A DNA stretch of 32,000 bases from Cylindrospermopsis raciborskii Cr2010 (GTDB lineage Bacteria; Cyanobacteriota; Cyanobacteriia; Cyanobacteriales; Nostocaceae): the NCBI RefSeq assembly GCF_003367075.2, contig NZ_CP065936.1, positions 480,001-512,000 on the forward strand. The letters run 5' to 3'. Each line of letters starts with the position of its first letter. Position 1 is the stretch's first letter. Shown piece by piece: positions 1-8,410 of this stretch. The translations under genes were made by a program, and so were the position numbers. The notes under the pieces were generated by a model. That model was not told where the DNA came from. It saw nothing but the letters and a program-made list of their open reading frames with translations, and did no database searches.

Positions 1-397
1 GTTGGGTTGAGGAACGAAACCCAACGCCCCCATGGGCATCCTACAAATAATTGTGCCTCCGTACTTGCTAGTAAATGAAAAGCTCCTCACAAGAAAATCG
101 CCGAAAGGCACGGAAGCCACTTGGCTTTAGACAGGAAGTGCCAACGGCGAATTTATTCGCCTTGATATTTAACCGTGATGCGGATCTTCAATATTGCAGT
201 GTTGTCTTTATGTTATTTTGTGGCTGCTATTGACAAGTAAGTCTTATCTGAGGCTATACTTTCGGAATAAACTTAAAGTAGCGGTGATGCTAAGAATTAA
301 TTTTAGCAGAATCAGTACAGGCTGTTTAAACCAGCCTCAGAAAGTTCGTTTATGGACTGTTCAGAAATCTCCGTGTCTTTAGACCGGAGAAGCTTAA

Positions 398-547
398 CTC
401 GATAATTTGGTTACGGATTTAAGACGAGGTGCTAAACTCAGACGTGCTGACCTCTCTCGTGCTGAGGTGGGAGGTACTAGTTTCAAGAATGCTAAGCTGA
501 ACCCTGAATGGCAATTTCTCCAACTATACGATACCGGAGAAGCTTAA
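398..547 (+). pseudogene. Pentapeptide-repeat protein remnant (about 48 C-terminal codons only)
   Basis: The frame opens just after a TAA at 395-397 and reads ...DLRRGAKLRRADLSRAEVGGTSFKNAKLNPEW..., with A(D/N)LXX-like 5-residue periodicity. There is no start codon. It is bracketed by direct repeats ACCGGAGAAGCTTAA (383-396 and 533-547). Confidence 0.3.
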
Positions 548-846
548 TCTTAGTAATTACCCCCCAGTTCCTTCTCAAGGGAAAAACCTGAATGTATTGA
601 GGGGCGATTGCGCAGCACTCCCTACGGGAGATTGCCAACTACCCGTTATTTTTTGAATTAATCCATACCTGGAGACTGTCTATTGGGGAGACCGGGAATC
701 AATTTTGGGTCTCAAAGCGAAAGTAGGTTTAAAACCGACTAGTTTTGTGATATTGTAAGTTGAGTTCAATAACTCAACATCCCTAAACAAACTATGTTAT
801 ATTAAATTAAACCGATTAAGTCAGTACCAAAGTGGGAGGTATAGAC

Positions 847-1614
847 ATGGTGAGGCAAATTGTACCAGAAACTGAACCGGGGGGGATAAAATCTGATAAA
901 AATCAGCTTGGAGAGACAATCGTCCCTCAAATTGTCTACCCAGAAAGTGATAATAAACCTATGGCGGATAACACTAGACAATTTACATGGATTGTCAAAA
1001 TTAAGGAAAATTTAGAAATACTATTTAAGTCTAACCTAGATGTGTTTGTAGCTGGGGACTTATTTTGGTATCCAGTAGAGGGTAGCAACAAAATTAAACT
1101 AGCTCCCGATACCATGGTGGTGTTTGGGAGACCCAAGGCACACCGGGGGTCTTATCGACAGTGGGAAGAAGATAATATTCCTCCCCAGGTGGTTTTTGAA
1201 ATTTTATCTCCCGGGAATACTCAAGATGAAATGGACAAAAAAAAGCTGTTTTATCTGAAACATGGAGTAGAAGAGTATTATGTGTATGACCCAGATAGAA
1301 TTAGTCTAGAAGTATCTATTAGAGAAAATAATTCATTTAAAGAGATTAAGGATTTTAGTGTTTGGACTAGTCCAAGATTGGATGTACGGTTTGATATGAC
1401 GGGAGATGAATTAGTCATCTATTATCCAGACGGTGGTAGGTTTCTTAGTTCTGTAGAGTTGAGTAATTATGCAGAACAAGAAACCCAACGTGCAGAACGT
1501 GAAAAATTGCTTAAAGAACAAGAAAGATTTCTCAAAGAGCAGGAACAAATAAAGTATCAAACCTTGCTATCACAATTAAAAGCTAAGGGTATTGATATTA
1601 CTGCACTCGAATAA
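847..1614 (+). CDS. Uma2 family (DUF820) putative endonuclease, paralog 1, with one coiled-coil repeat unit
   Basis: Family-typical motifs are present: PESDNKPMADNT, DVFVAGDLFWYPVEG, APDTMVVFGRPK, PPQVVFEILSP, GVEEYYVYDP. The ATG at 847 is preceded by GGGAGG; the ORF track starts at an upstream GTG (832). The C-terminal tail is ETQRAEREKLLKEQERFLKEQ x1, then QIKYQTLLSQLKAKGIDITALE. Confidence 0.85.
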   Translation: MVRQIVPETEPGGIKSDKNQLGETIVPQIVYPESDNKPMADNTRQFTWIVKIKENLEILFKSNLDVFVAGDLFWYPVEGSNKIKLAPDTMVVFGRPKAHRGSYRQWEEDNIPPQVVFEILSPGNTQDEMDKKKLFYLKHGVEEYYVYDPDRISLEVSIRENNSFKEIKDFSVWTSPRLDVRFDMTGDELVIYYPDGGRFLSSVELSNYAEQETQRAEREKLLKEQERFLKEQEQIKYQTLLSQLKAKGIDITALE

Positions 1615-1743
1615 ACTATTACCTGCACCAGAATACCCTTGGAAGGTTTTTAAAAACTGGAGTTTATACTAAAGAGCGCAGCACTCCCTGCAGGAGATCG
1701 TCTCCCTACATCTTCTCAAGGGAAAACTGTGAACCTGCTTACC

Positions 1744-3047
1744 GGGCGACAAAGTGGTCAAACAGCTTGTTTCATAAGGGATAGAGCCTGAAAGCCACGC
1801 TTGAAAAAGAGGCGTTTATGAAGTTTAAGACTAATTAAGCTTAGAGCTAAATCAGCCCATAGTTCCATGCCGTAAATCCATAATTGTCCGTAAACAGCAA
1901 AGCTAAAATCACTCTGACGTGGGTAATTGTCCTGATGTTGTTGAATCCGTCCAGCATAAGTCTCTATCCCTAATTTTTTCATCCGTTGACCGTACGGCCA
2001 AACTATAAGCAATTACAATTAATAAAACTAAGGCTAAAAAACGAGTTTCATTTACTTTAGTATCCTCTAGATTATAACCTCCTGTTTTACAATCTTTGAA
2101 GAATTGTTCAATTCCCCATCGACATCTATAGAGGCATAAAGTTTGTTTGAGATTTGGTAGATTAGTTAAGATATACCAAGGTTCTTTTTGTCCTTTATGA
2201 CTATATTTTCTCTTCCAATAAACAGCGATATTAAATAACCCTAATTCATCTCCTTTACCACATTTAACTCCATGATAAAACTTCGACATCCCCGGCTTAA
2301 ATCCTTGGTTTTTAAAAACTTGATATTCAAGTCCTATTTCTTCTTGAAAATGAAGGTCTTTTTTCTGACGTAAAGCAAAGTAAACTCCTTGCTCATCAAG
2401 CCACTTAGCCAGTTTTGCACTATGAAATTCTCTATCTGCCAACACCACAATTCGACATTTTTTCAACAACTTTATTGCTGTCTTTATCAATCTTTTTTGG
2501 GTTGATAAGTTACTATTTCCTACATGATTTAATGTTTCCCAATATAGTGGTAAGGCATGAGTACCCCATACCAATGTCACCATAAATATATTCCGTCCTT
2601 TCCACTGTGTTCTATCCAGTGCTACCATCCAGTAACCATACTTTTGATATTGTTTTTTATGAAAATAGCGGCGCTGTTCTCAATTCAATTGTTGTGGTGT
2701 TAACGATTGTCTAATCCAATATTTTATCAAGGGAAACCATAATAATTTTACGCAGAGTTTATTTATTCCTAAAAATCTTTGTAAATTACGTTTCCTGCTT
2801 TCATATTTAATTGGTTGGGGAAACAAACTCGCCAATTTTGACAGTTTTACTTGGCGATAAGCTTGTATCAATAATAACAATATCTCCAGTGTCAAATACT
2901 GCTGTTCACTCAAATGCTTTCGGAAAATTTTGTGATATGATTGTGGTAACATTTTGTTGTTTTGGGGCTCCCTTGCCCCTATTTTTTTACCCCCTTATTT
3001 TCTCAAATTATTGCCACATCTCATCTTCAACCCCCTTGTCACCCGGT
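1744..3047 (-). mobile_element. IS4-like insertion sequence (DDE_Tnp_1-type), about 1.3 kb, inserted into an IS630 element
   Basis: Imperfect terminal inverted repeats: GGGCGACAAAGTGG at about 1744 and CCCTTGTCACCCGG at about 3034-3047. The same terminus (GGTGACAAAGTGGTCAAACAGC) recurs on fragments at 4344-4532 and 10009-10264. The interior encodes a split transposase. Confidence 0.7.
1758..2952 (-). pseudogene. IS4-family transposase, inactivated by an in-frame TGA and a frameshift
   Basis: Three consecutive ORFs cover it (2680-2952, 1909-2628, 1758-2012). The first two share a frame and are separated by a TGA at 2680-2682. The third is in a different frame. WGIEQFFKDCK is a motif typical of cyanobacterial IS4-type transposases. 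Confidence 0.7.
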
Positions 3048-3049
3048 AA

Positions 3050-3602
3050 GCTTGACATCCCTAAATTTATCCCCGATTCATCTAAAAACACTAAATTTCT
3101 AATATCAACTGTATCTACCCAACGACGATAATCATGCCTTAATTCTTGAACACTTGGAGTCTCCTGTTCACTGGCATTTAGACTTTTTTTTATGACGTAG
3201 ACCCAACTTTTCTAAGGCTCGATGCATGGTTGTGATACTAACACTAGTGCCCGTCGTTTCTCTCAGGCGATCGCATAATTCTGAAAGTAGTAAATCATTT
3301 TTCTCATCCAGCCAAGACTTGATCATGTTTAAATATTGGCCTGCAATTATAGGCTTTTCATATCCCCCACATTGCTTTGGCTCAACTTGCCCAGTTTCAC
3401 GATAACGACGTACTAAATTTTTCACAAATGATAAGCTGACCTTGAATCTTTCTGCCAACTGGCGTTGAGATCCCTCTTGAGCAACCCATGCTACAATCAA
3501 CTGAGATAACGGCTCGTTGAATGCTTGGCGGTTAAGTCCAGTCATTGCTCGTAGCAGTCGCTCTTGATTCAGGATGCGGTCTAAGTTCAACATTAATGTC
3601 AC
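3050..3602 (-). pseudogene. IS630-family transposase, N-terminal HTH part only, truncated by the IS4-like insertion
   Basis: ORF 3168-3602 has the IS630 ORF-A-like winged-helix region (QRQLAERFKVSLSFVKNLVRRYRETGQVEPK...MHRALEKLGLRHKKK). Downstream, 3050-3167 on the minus strand reads ...VFLDESG (first DDE aspartate region) and then stops at the IS4 terminus. Confidence 0.7.
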
Positions 3603-3648
3603 CCTACTTGTCTGCTTGATTATTATCCCTTATTTTCCAACAACTCTA

Positions 3649-3744
3649 TTAGAAGCCCTAAATGAGTCCATGACAAGTGCAGTAAATTATATTACAGCAG
3701 AGGATGCGCTTAATTGGTTCAATCATTGTGGTTTATTTACATGA
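3649..3744 (+). pseudogene. C-terminal fragment of a second IS630-family transposase, in opposite orientation
   Basis: Translates to LEALNESMTSAVNYITAEDALNWFNHCGLFT*, the characteristic IS630 C-terminus (I..eDa..WF.HCG). No upstream body is present. Confidence 0.55.
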
Positions 3745-3817
3745 AAACCGCTGTAATAAATTTGGTGAAATCATGCTACTGTTGGGAGGGTTTTTATCTT
3801 AGGAGATTATTTACATT

Positions 3818-4207
3818 ATGCAGGTTAGGACACGCTTATTAATGTTTTTGAGTGCGGTATTCGTAATTTTGGGAATAATTCTTTCCCAACCAACATTAGC
3901 TGATGGATTGAAGGTGGACAATTTTTCTAACCTCATTGCCTTGCAAAATTCGGCCGAGGATAAGCTGGGTACTGACTTTGGTCGAAAAATTAACCTCAAT
4001 AATGCAAGTAGGCGGGAATTTAAGCAGTATCCTGGTTTGTATCCCACATTGGCTGTTTGGATAGTGAAGAATTCACCATACAAAAAAGTAGAAGACGTGC
4101 TGAAAATTTCAGGGTTGACCGATGGACAGGTAGAAGTATTACGTAGTAATTTAGATCATTTTACCGTTGAAGAACACAATTTCTCTGGACTTGAAGAACG
4201 CCCTTGA
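3818..4207 (+). CDS. psbU: Photosystem II 12-kDa extrinsic protein PsbU
   Basis: An N-terminal signal peptide is followed by [15 protein letters not shown]...[48 protein letters not shown], which matches the conserved PsbU core. AGGAG lies upstream of the ATG and a terminator follows. Confidence 0.9.
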   Translation: MQVRTRLLMFLSAVFVILGIILSQPTLADGLKVDNFSNLIALQNSAEDKLGTDFGRKINLNNASRREFKQYPGLYPTLAVWIVKNSPYKKVEDVLKISGLTDGQVEVLRSNLDHFTVEEHNFSGLEERP

Positions 4208-4230
4208 TGAGACCGAATTAATAATAGAAA

Positions 4231-4260
4231 ATCACAGTGCGATGGCACTGTGATTTTTGT
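4231..4260 (+). terminator. Rho-independent terminator of psbU
   Basis: Perfect 10-bp stem ATCACAGTGC / GCACTGTGAT with loop GATG, followed by TTTTT. Confidence 0.75.
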
Positions 4261-4343
4261 GTGCCACCACTCATTGTATATACGCGACCATCGATTAGCT
4301 CATGCTTGTCCAACTGCTGTTCTTCCCAGCAAAAATACTCTAA

Positions 4344-4532
4344 GGAGATGAATTAGGGTTATTTAATATCGCTGTTTATTGGAAGAGAAAATATTGTCAT
4401 AAAGGACCAAAAGAACCTTGGTATATCTTAACGAATCTACCAAATCTCAAACAAACTTTATGCCTCTATAGATAGCGTGGCTTTCAGGCTCTATCCCTTA
4501 TGAAACAAGCTGTTTGACCACTTTGTCACCCG
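4344..4532 (+). mobile_element. Internally deleted fragment of the IS4-like element
   Basis: 4344-4473 is the reverse complement of about 2130-2260. 4476-4532 is the reverse complement of the 1744-1800 terminus (ends ...GACCACTTTGTCACCCG). Confidence 0.7.
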
Positions 4533-4661
4533 TTTAGGGCGATCGCCTCCCTACATCTTCTCAAGGGAAAAATTTGAACATGTTGAAGGGCGCGCATTTA
4601 AGAACTCTCCCCTGGTTCCTTCTCAAGGGAAAAATCTGAATGTGTTGAGGGGCGATTGCAT
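4533..4661. repeat. Small dispersed repeat (SDR) cluster with HIP1 cores
   Basis: Units such as TTCTCAAGGGAAAAATNTGAAYRTGTTGARGGGCG and GGCGATCGCC recur throughout the window (560-636, 1675-1740, 5805-5885, 6553-6640, 7815-7878). Confidence 0.7.
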
Positions 4662-5804
4662 TAGACATCTCCGGAAATAGCCAAAGCGTTACCAATACTA
4701 CTTTTTAAGGTGAGACACCCCAATACAAAAGTAGCTGACTGGTATGCTAAAATAAGCGTTAGAGATGCCTCTTGTTGGGAATTAACCAAAAGATAACACC
4801 TATGTGAGATAATTTATTTTTAGCCAAGTCCAAATCTTGATAACTAAAATAAGTAGGTTCCCATTCGGAAACGAACAAGTCCACAAATAGTCATGATTAC
4901 CTGTTCATACTTACTTGAATTTAATCGAAATCTTTCTTGTGCCACTCTGAATATTTTCACTACACGAATTAAATGTTCAACAAAAATTCGTTCGGAAGCT
5001 AACTCTTTATTTTTTTCTTTTTGTTCAGACGTTAATTCTTGGTTTTTAGGTTTTTTTGTCGGAGTTTTCATTAACTCCTCTCCTTGATAAGCTTTATCAC
5101 CACTAAATTTTTGTTTTTTATCAAATATATTTCTGGTTTCACGGAATAAATTTACATCACTTTTTGGACCAGGTTTACCCGCTACTACATCAACAATATC
5201 TTTACCATTTGGTAAAACGATTAGTTGACTTTTTCTAGTATGACAGGCTTTTTTACCTGAATAATATTTTTTTTGTTCTTGGTACTCTCCAGGTCTGTCT
5301 ATAGGCTGTTCATAGCTATCCACTATTAACTCAAATTCTGTTAATATTTCTTTAACGACTTCGTAATCACTGGAGTTTTTTTTTACCTGTTCTAGCAAAC
5401 TTGGTGGCAATAATTCTCCTATTATTGGCAACCAATAGTTAAAGATATCATTTGCAGTTGTTTCACTTACTCCAAATTGAATACCTAGTAGCTGAAATGT
5501 TGTTAACTGCCGTAAATATGTTAATGTTAAGATTATTTGCTCCGACGGTGATAATTTGGGTTTGCGCCCTCCACCGCCTTGAATAATTCGGGTTTTTTTT
5601 GATTCAACCAATTGTTGTTTCTGATGATGCAGTTTTATGGCTTTTTCCAAAAGTTGCTGTAACTGCTCATACTTCAGACCCAAAAAACGGTGTGATTCGT
5701 GAGGATTATTCTGGATATATTCAGATATGTTGCTCATAATAAGTTGCCAAAAATACCATTTCATATTATTTTATCACACTTTGATTCTTTTTCGGAGATG
5801 TCTA
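4662..5804 (-). mobile_element. IS5-family / Harbinger-like (DDE_Tnp_4-type) insertion sequence, copy 1, 1143 bp, apparently intact
   Basis: Terminal inverted repeats TAGACATCTCCGGAAA (4662) and TTTTCGGAGATGTCTA (ends 5804). A colinear 1143-bp second copy lies at 17311-18453. It is inserted inside an SDR unit: the flanks GGCGATTGCAT and TTACACTCC rejoin to the GCATTACACTCC seen at 7848-7860. Confidence 0.8.
4844..5764 (-). CDS. IS5-family (DDE_Tnp_4 / HTH_Tnp_4-like) transposase
   Basis: 306-aa ORF. N-terminal HTH region (SPSEQIILTLTYLRQLTTFQLLGIQFGVSETTANDIF). DDE region (LIVDSYEQPIDRP...YYSGKKACHT...SGDKAYQG...ASERIFVEHLIRVVK). The true start may be the internal MSNISEY (5737). Confidence 0.8.
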   Translation of the reverse strand: MKWYFWQLIMSNISEYIQNNPHESHRFLGLKYEQLQQLLEKAIKLHHQKQQLVESKKTRIIQGGGGRKPKLSPSEQIILTLTYLRQLTTFQLLGIQFGVSETTANDIFNYWLPIIGELLPPSLLEQVKKNSSDYEVVKEILTEFELIVDSYEQPIDRPGEYQEQKKYYSGKKACHTRKSQLIVLPNGKDIVDVVAGKPGPKSDVNLFRETRNIFDKKQKFSGDKAYQGEELMKTPTKKPKNQELTSEQKEKNKELASERIFVEHLIRVVKIFRVAQERFRLNSSKYEQVIMTICGLVRFRMGTYLF

Positions 5805-5918
5805 TTACACTCCTCGTGGGCGATTGCGCAGCACTCCCTACGGGAGATCGCTCTCATATAGGTCTATTTTACAGCACTTCCCCTCTGATAAAAGATTGAC
5901 GGAAAACGTTTTCCGTCA

Positions 5919-6424
5919 GTGCATAAAGCCATTATTTCAAGGATTTTGGCGTATACTATTTGACTAAATGTAGTTATGCAATTTGGTATTGTGTTTTATC
6001 ATATTAAATCATAGCCATACATTTTTATCCAGACAATGAAATATACTTTTAAAGTTTTGCACCCGGTAACTTACAGTAGGGTATTCACAATAAAAATAAA
6101 ATATACATAATTTTTAGGGAATTATTTTGCTGTAAATGTGTTATAATAAGGGGGAATATAGGGGAAAATCGATATAAATATTTAAGTAATAAAAAAGAAT
6201 AATGATAAAAATAAAGACAAAAAGAACAGTAATTAACGAAGAGATTGCGAAGGTCAAGAAAAAACGCTGGAATGCCTATTATTTGGTTGGGAACCTCGTA
6301 GCCTTGTGGTGTAAAGGTTTCAGCCATTATTTTCAGGGTGCTGGAGGTGAAAAACAGAGAAATTTTGCTGACCTTCGCAAAGTGGGTCTAGACACCAGTC
6401 AGGGTAAGGGGTTAAAATGGTGGG
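5919..6424 (+). promoter_or_regulatory. Second copy of the CRISPR leader, reading toward the mini-array at 6425
   Basis: About 500 bp, AT-rich, colinear with the reverse complement of 22625-23130 at high identity. Contains an extended -10 (TGTTATAAT, 6139-6147). Confidence 0.6.
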
Positions 6425-6531
6425 GTCTTGACCTTCGCAAGAAGGAATTGGTAAAAGATTTTGTAGGAACGAACCCTAGAGTAGACTTCCATTGAGTCTT
6501 GACCTTCGCAAGAAGGAATTGGTAAAAGATT
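6425..6531 (+). CRISPR. Eroded CRISPR locus: two identical chimeric 36-bp repeats flanking one 35-bp spacer
   Basis: GTCTTGACCTTCGCAAGAAGGAATTGGTAAAAGATT occurs at 6425-6460 and 6496-6531. The first 24 nt equal the array repeat (reverse-complement orientation). The last 12 nt belong to the palindrome-containing dispersed element that continues at 6532. The spacer is 6461-6495. Confidence 0.6.
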
Positions 6532-6823
6532 GACGGTAAACGTCTTCCGTCAAAGGATAAATCAGTTATTTCAAAGGTTTTGGGATATTTGGAGGGCGAT
6601 TGCGAAGCACTCCCTTTGGGAGATCGCAAAGGACTAGCAACCTGGAGACTGTCTGTTGGGGAGACCGGGAATCAATTTTGGGTCTCAAAGCGAAAGTCGG
6701 TTTAAAACCGACTAGTTTTGTGATATTGTAAGTTGAGTTCAATAACTCAACATCCCTAGACAAACTATGTTATTTTAAATTAAACCGATTTAGTCAGTAC
6801 CAAAGTGAATGGGAGGTATAGAC

Positions 6824-7753
6824 ATGGTGAGGCAAATTGCACCAAAAACTCAACTGGGGGTGATAGAATCTAACATTAATCAGGGTGTGGAGACATCTGA
6901 AATTGTCTACCCAGAAAGTGATAACAAACCTATGGCGGATAACACTAGACAATTTACATGGATTGTCAAAATTAAGGAAAATTTAGAAATACTATTTAAG
7001 TCTAAGGCGGATGTGTTTGTGGCTGGGGACTTGTTTTGGTATCCAGTGAAGGGTAGTAACAAAATTAAACTAGCCCCTGACACCATGGTGGTGTTTGGGA
7101 GACCTAAGGGTCACCGGGGGTCTTATCGACAGTGGGAGGAGGATAATATTCCTCCCCAGGTGGTTTTTGAAATTTTATCTCCTAGTAATAATAGTACTGA
7201 GATGAATAGAAAAAAGCTCTTTTATCTGGAACATGGAGTGGAGGAGTATTATGTATATGATCCAGATAGGATTAGTCTAGAAGTATCCATTAGAGAAAAT
7301 AACTCATTTAAGGAGATTGAGAATTTTACCACTTGGACTAGTCCAAGATTGAAAATAAGATTTGACATGAGCCAAGATGAATTAGTCATCTATTATCCAG
7401 ATGGGAGTAAGTTTCTTAGTCCTGTAGAATTGAGTAATTATGCAGAACAAGAAACTCAACGTGCAGAACGTGAAAAATTGCTTAAAGAACAAGAAAGACT
7501 TCTCAAAGAGCAGGAAACTCAACGTGCAGAACGTGAAAAATTGCTTAAAGAACAAGAAAGATTTCTCAAAGAACAAGAAACTCAACGTGCAGAACGTGAA
7601 AAATTGCTTAAAGAACAAGAAAGATTTCTCAAAGAACAAGAAACTCAACGTGCAGAACGTGAAAGACTTCTCAAAGAGCAGGAACAAATAAAGTATCAAA
7701 CCTTGCTATCACAATTAAAAGCTAAGGGTATTGATATTACTGCACTCGAATAA
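6824..7753 (+). CDS. Uma2 family (DUF820) putative endonuclease, paralog 2, with about 3.7 coiled-coil repeat units
   Basis: Same motifs as paralog 1. The ATG at 6824 follows GGGAGG; the ORF track starts at 6809. The C-terminus carries ETQRAEREKLLKEQER(L/F)LKEQ x3 plus a partial unit. Confidence 0.85.
   Translation: MVRQIAPKTQLGVIESNINQGVETSEIVYPESDNKPMADNTRQFTWIVKIKENLEILFKSKADVFVAGDLFWYPVKGSNKIKLAPDTMVVFGRPKGHRGSYRQWEEDNIPPQVVFEILSPSNNSTEMNRKKLFYLEHGVEEYYVYDPDRISLEVSIRENNSFKEIENFTTWTSPRLKIRFDMSQDELVIYYPDGSKFLSPVELSNYAEQETQRAEREKLLKEQERLLKEQETQRAEREKLLKEQERFLKEQETQRAEREKLLKEQERFLKEQETQRAERERLLKEQEQIKYQTLLSQLKAKGIDITALE
7451..7681 (+). repeat. In-frame 63-bp tandem repeat (3 full units plus a 42-bp partial) inside Uma2 paralog 2
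   Basis: GAAACTCAACGTGCAGAACGTGAAAAATTGCTTAAAGAACAAGAAAGATTTCTCAAAGAACAA is repeated head-to-tail with 1-3 substitutions per unit. Confidence 0.9.
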
Positions 7754-8209
7754 ACTATCACCTGCACCAGAATACCCTTAGGAGGTTTTTAAAAACTGGA
7801 GTTTATACTAAAGAGAAGAGCGATTGCGCAGCACTCGCTACGCGAGATCGCATTACACTCCCGACGGGAGATCGCGAGGCACCACTTACTACCTGAAATA
7901 CCATGAGAAAGGAGAGTTGGGCTAAATACGCGAGGTAAGACTAGGTAAACTATGCAAGGGAGGGAAAAACATCCCCACTTCACAACCCCATTGTTCCCAA
8001 CCTCCCAGTAATGGTAGTTGACCCTTTGATGCGTAAAGTGACGATAAATCATCATAATAAAGACTAATAATACTATTATAAGATAGCTAATATCCGTTAT
8101 GCCTCCATCCTGTTCTGTCACTCGCTTTCAGTATGTTCTGGAAAATTGTGTGGGACATGGTAGCATAGACCTCGGGTAATTTGGCAAAAGACTAATTAAT
8201 ATGAAATAT

Positions 8210-8323
8210 GTCTCGACCTTCGTAAGAAGGAATAGGTATTGCGACTGCTTGTACAACTAAAGAGGTATTTGATTGTTTTACAGCTACATCTTGACCTTCG
8301 TAAGAAGGAATAAGTATTGCGAC
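8210..8323 (+). CRISPR. Degenerate two-repeat mini-array, copy A
   Basis: GTCTCGACCTTCGTAAGAAGGAATAGGTATTGCGAC (8210-8245), a 42-bp spacer, then ATCTTGACCTTCGTAAGAAGGAATAAGTATTGCGAC (8288-8323). Each has 2-3 mismatches to the array repeat. The exact reverse complement, with the same spacer, lies at 23604-23717. Confidence 0.5.
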
Positions 8324-8410
8324 CTGGTAGATACTGGGTTGGATTCTGCCCTCGCACCCTGGTTCGGAAGCATTTCCCTTGCGAATTTCCTAGGGTTCGT
8401 CTTCCCCCTA

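Noticed and set aside
71-90. A 20-nt identity (GTAAATGAAAAGCTCCTCAC) to the left arm of the psbA terminator (13325-13344), suggesting a remnant of another psbA 3' end
   Set aside because: No psbA coding sequence precedes it and the second hairpin arm is missing. It is too short to interpret and could be a chance or SDR-associated fragment.
6085-6495. Conserved ORF pairs inside both leader copies (6202-6495 / 22599-22847 'MIKIKTK...'; 6085-6327 / 22722-22964 'MAETFTPQG...')
   Set aside because: Conservation merely reflects the recent DNA duplication. The sequence is AT-rich, ORFs occur on both strands of the same DNA, they run into CRISPR repeats, and there are no recognisable motifs. A small leader-encoded peptide cannot be strictly excluded.
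7382-7699. Alternative-frame and antisense ORFs within the Uma2 tandem repeats (7382-7699, 7440-7691, 10369-10707, 10377-10649)
   Set aside because: These are artefacts of periodic sequence that lacks stops in several frames. The Uma2 frame is the only one continuous with a recognisable domain.
7789-8121. 'MTEQDGGITDISY...' ORF present twice (7789-8121 minus, 24568-24852 plus)
   Set aside because: Near-identity is due to the segmental duplication. The start codon differs (GTG versus ATG created at the vWA indel junction). The C-termini diverge into SDR sequence. The composition is not protein-like. It may instead be non-coding or structured DNA, and is left unannotated.
8324-8410. The 90-bp block X (CTGGTAGATACTGGGTTGGATTCTGCCCTCGCACCC...) vaguely resembles a tRNA T-arm and acceptor 3' half, hinting at a possible att site
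   Set aside because: No complementary T-stem (CTGGG versus CTGCC) can be drawn, and neither can an acceptor stem or the rest of a cloverleaf. The similarity to GGTTCGAATCC is weak.
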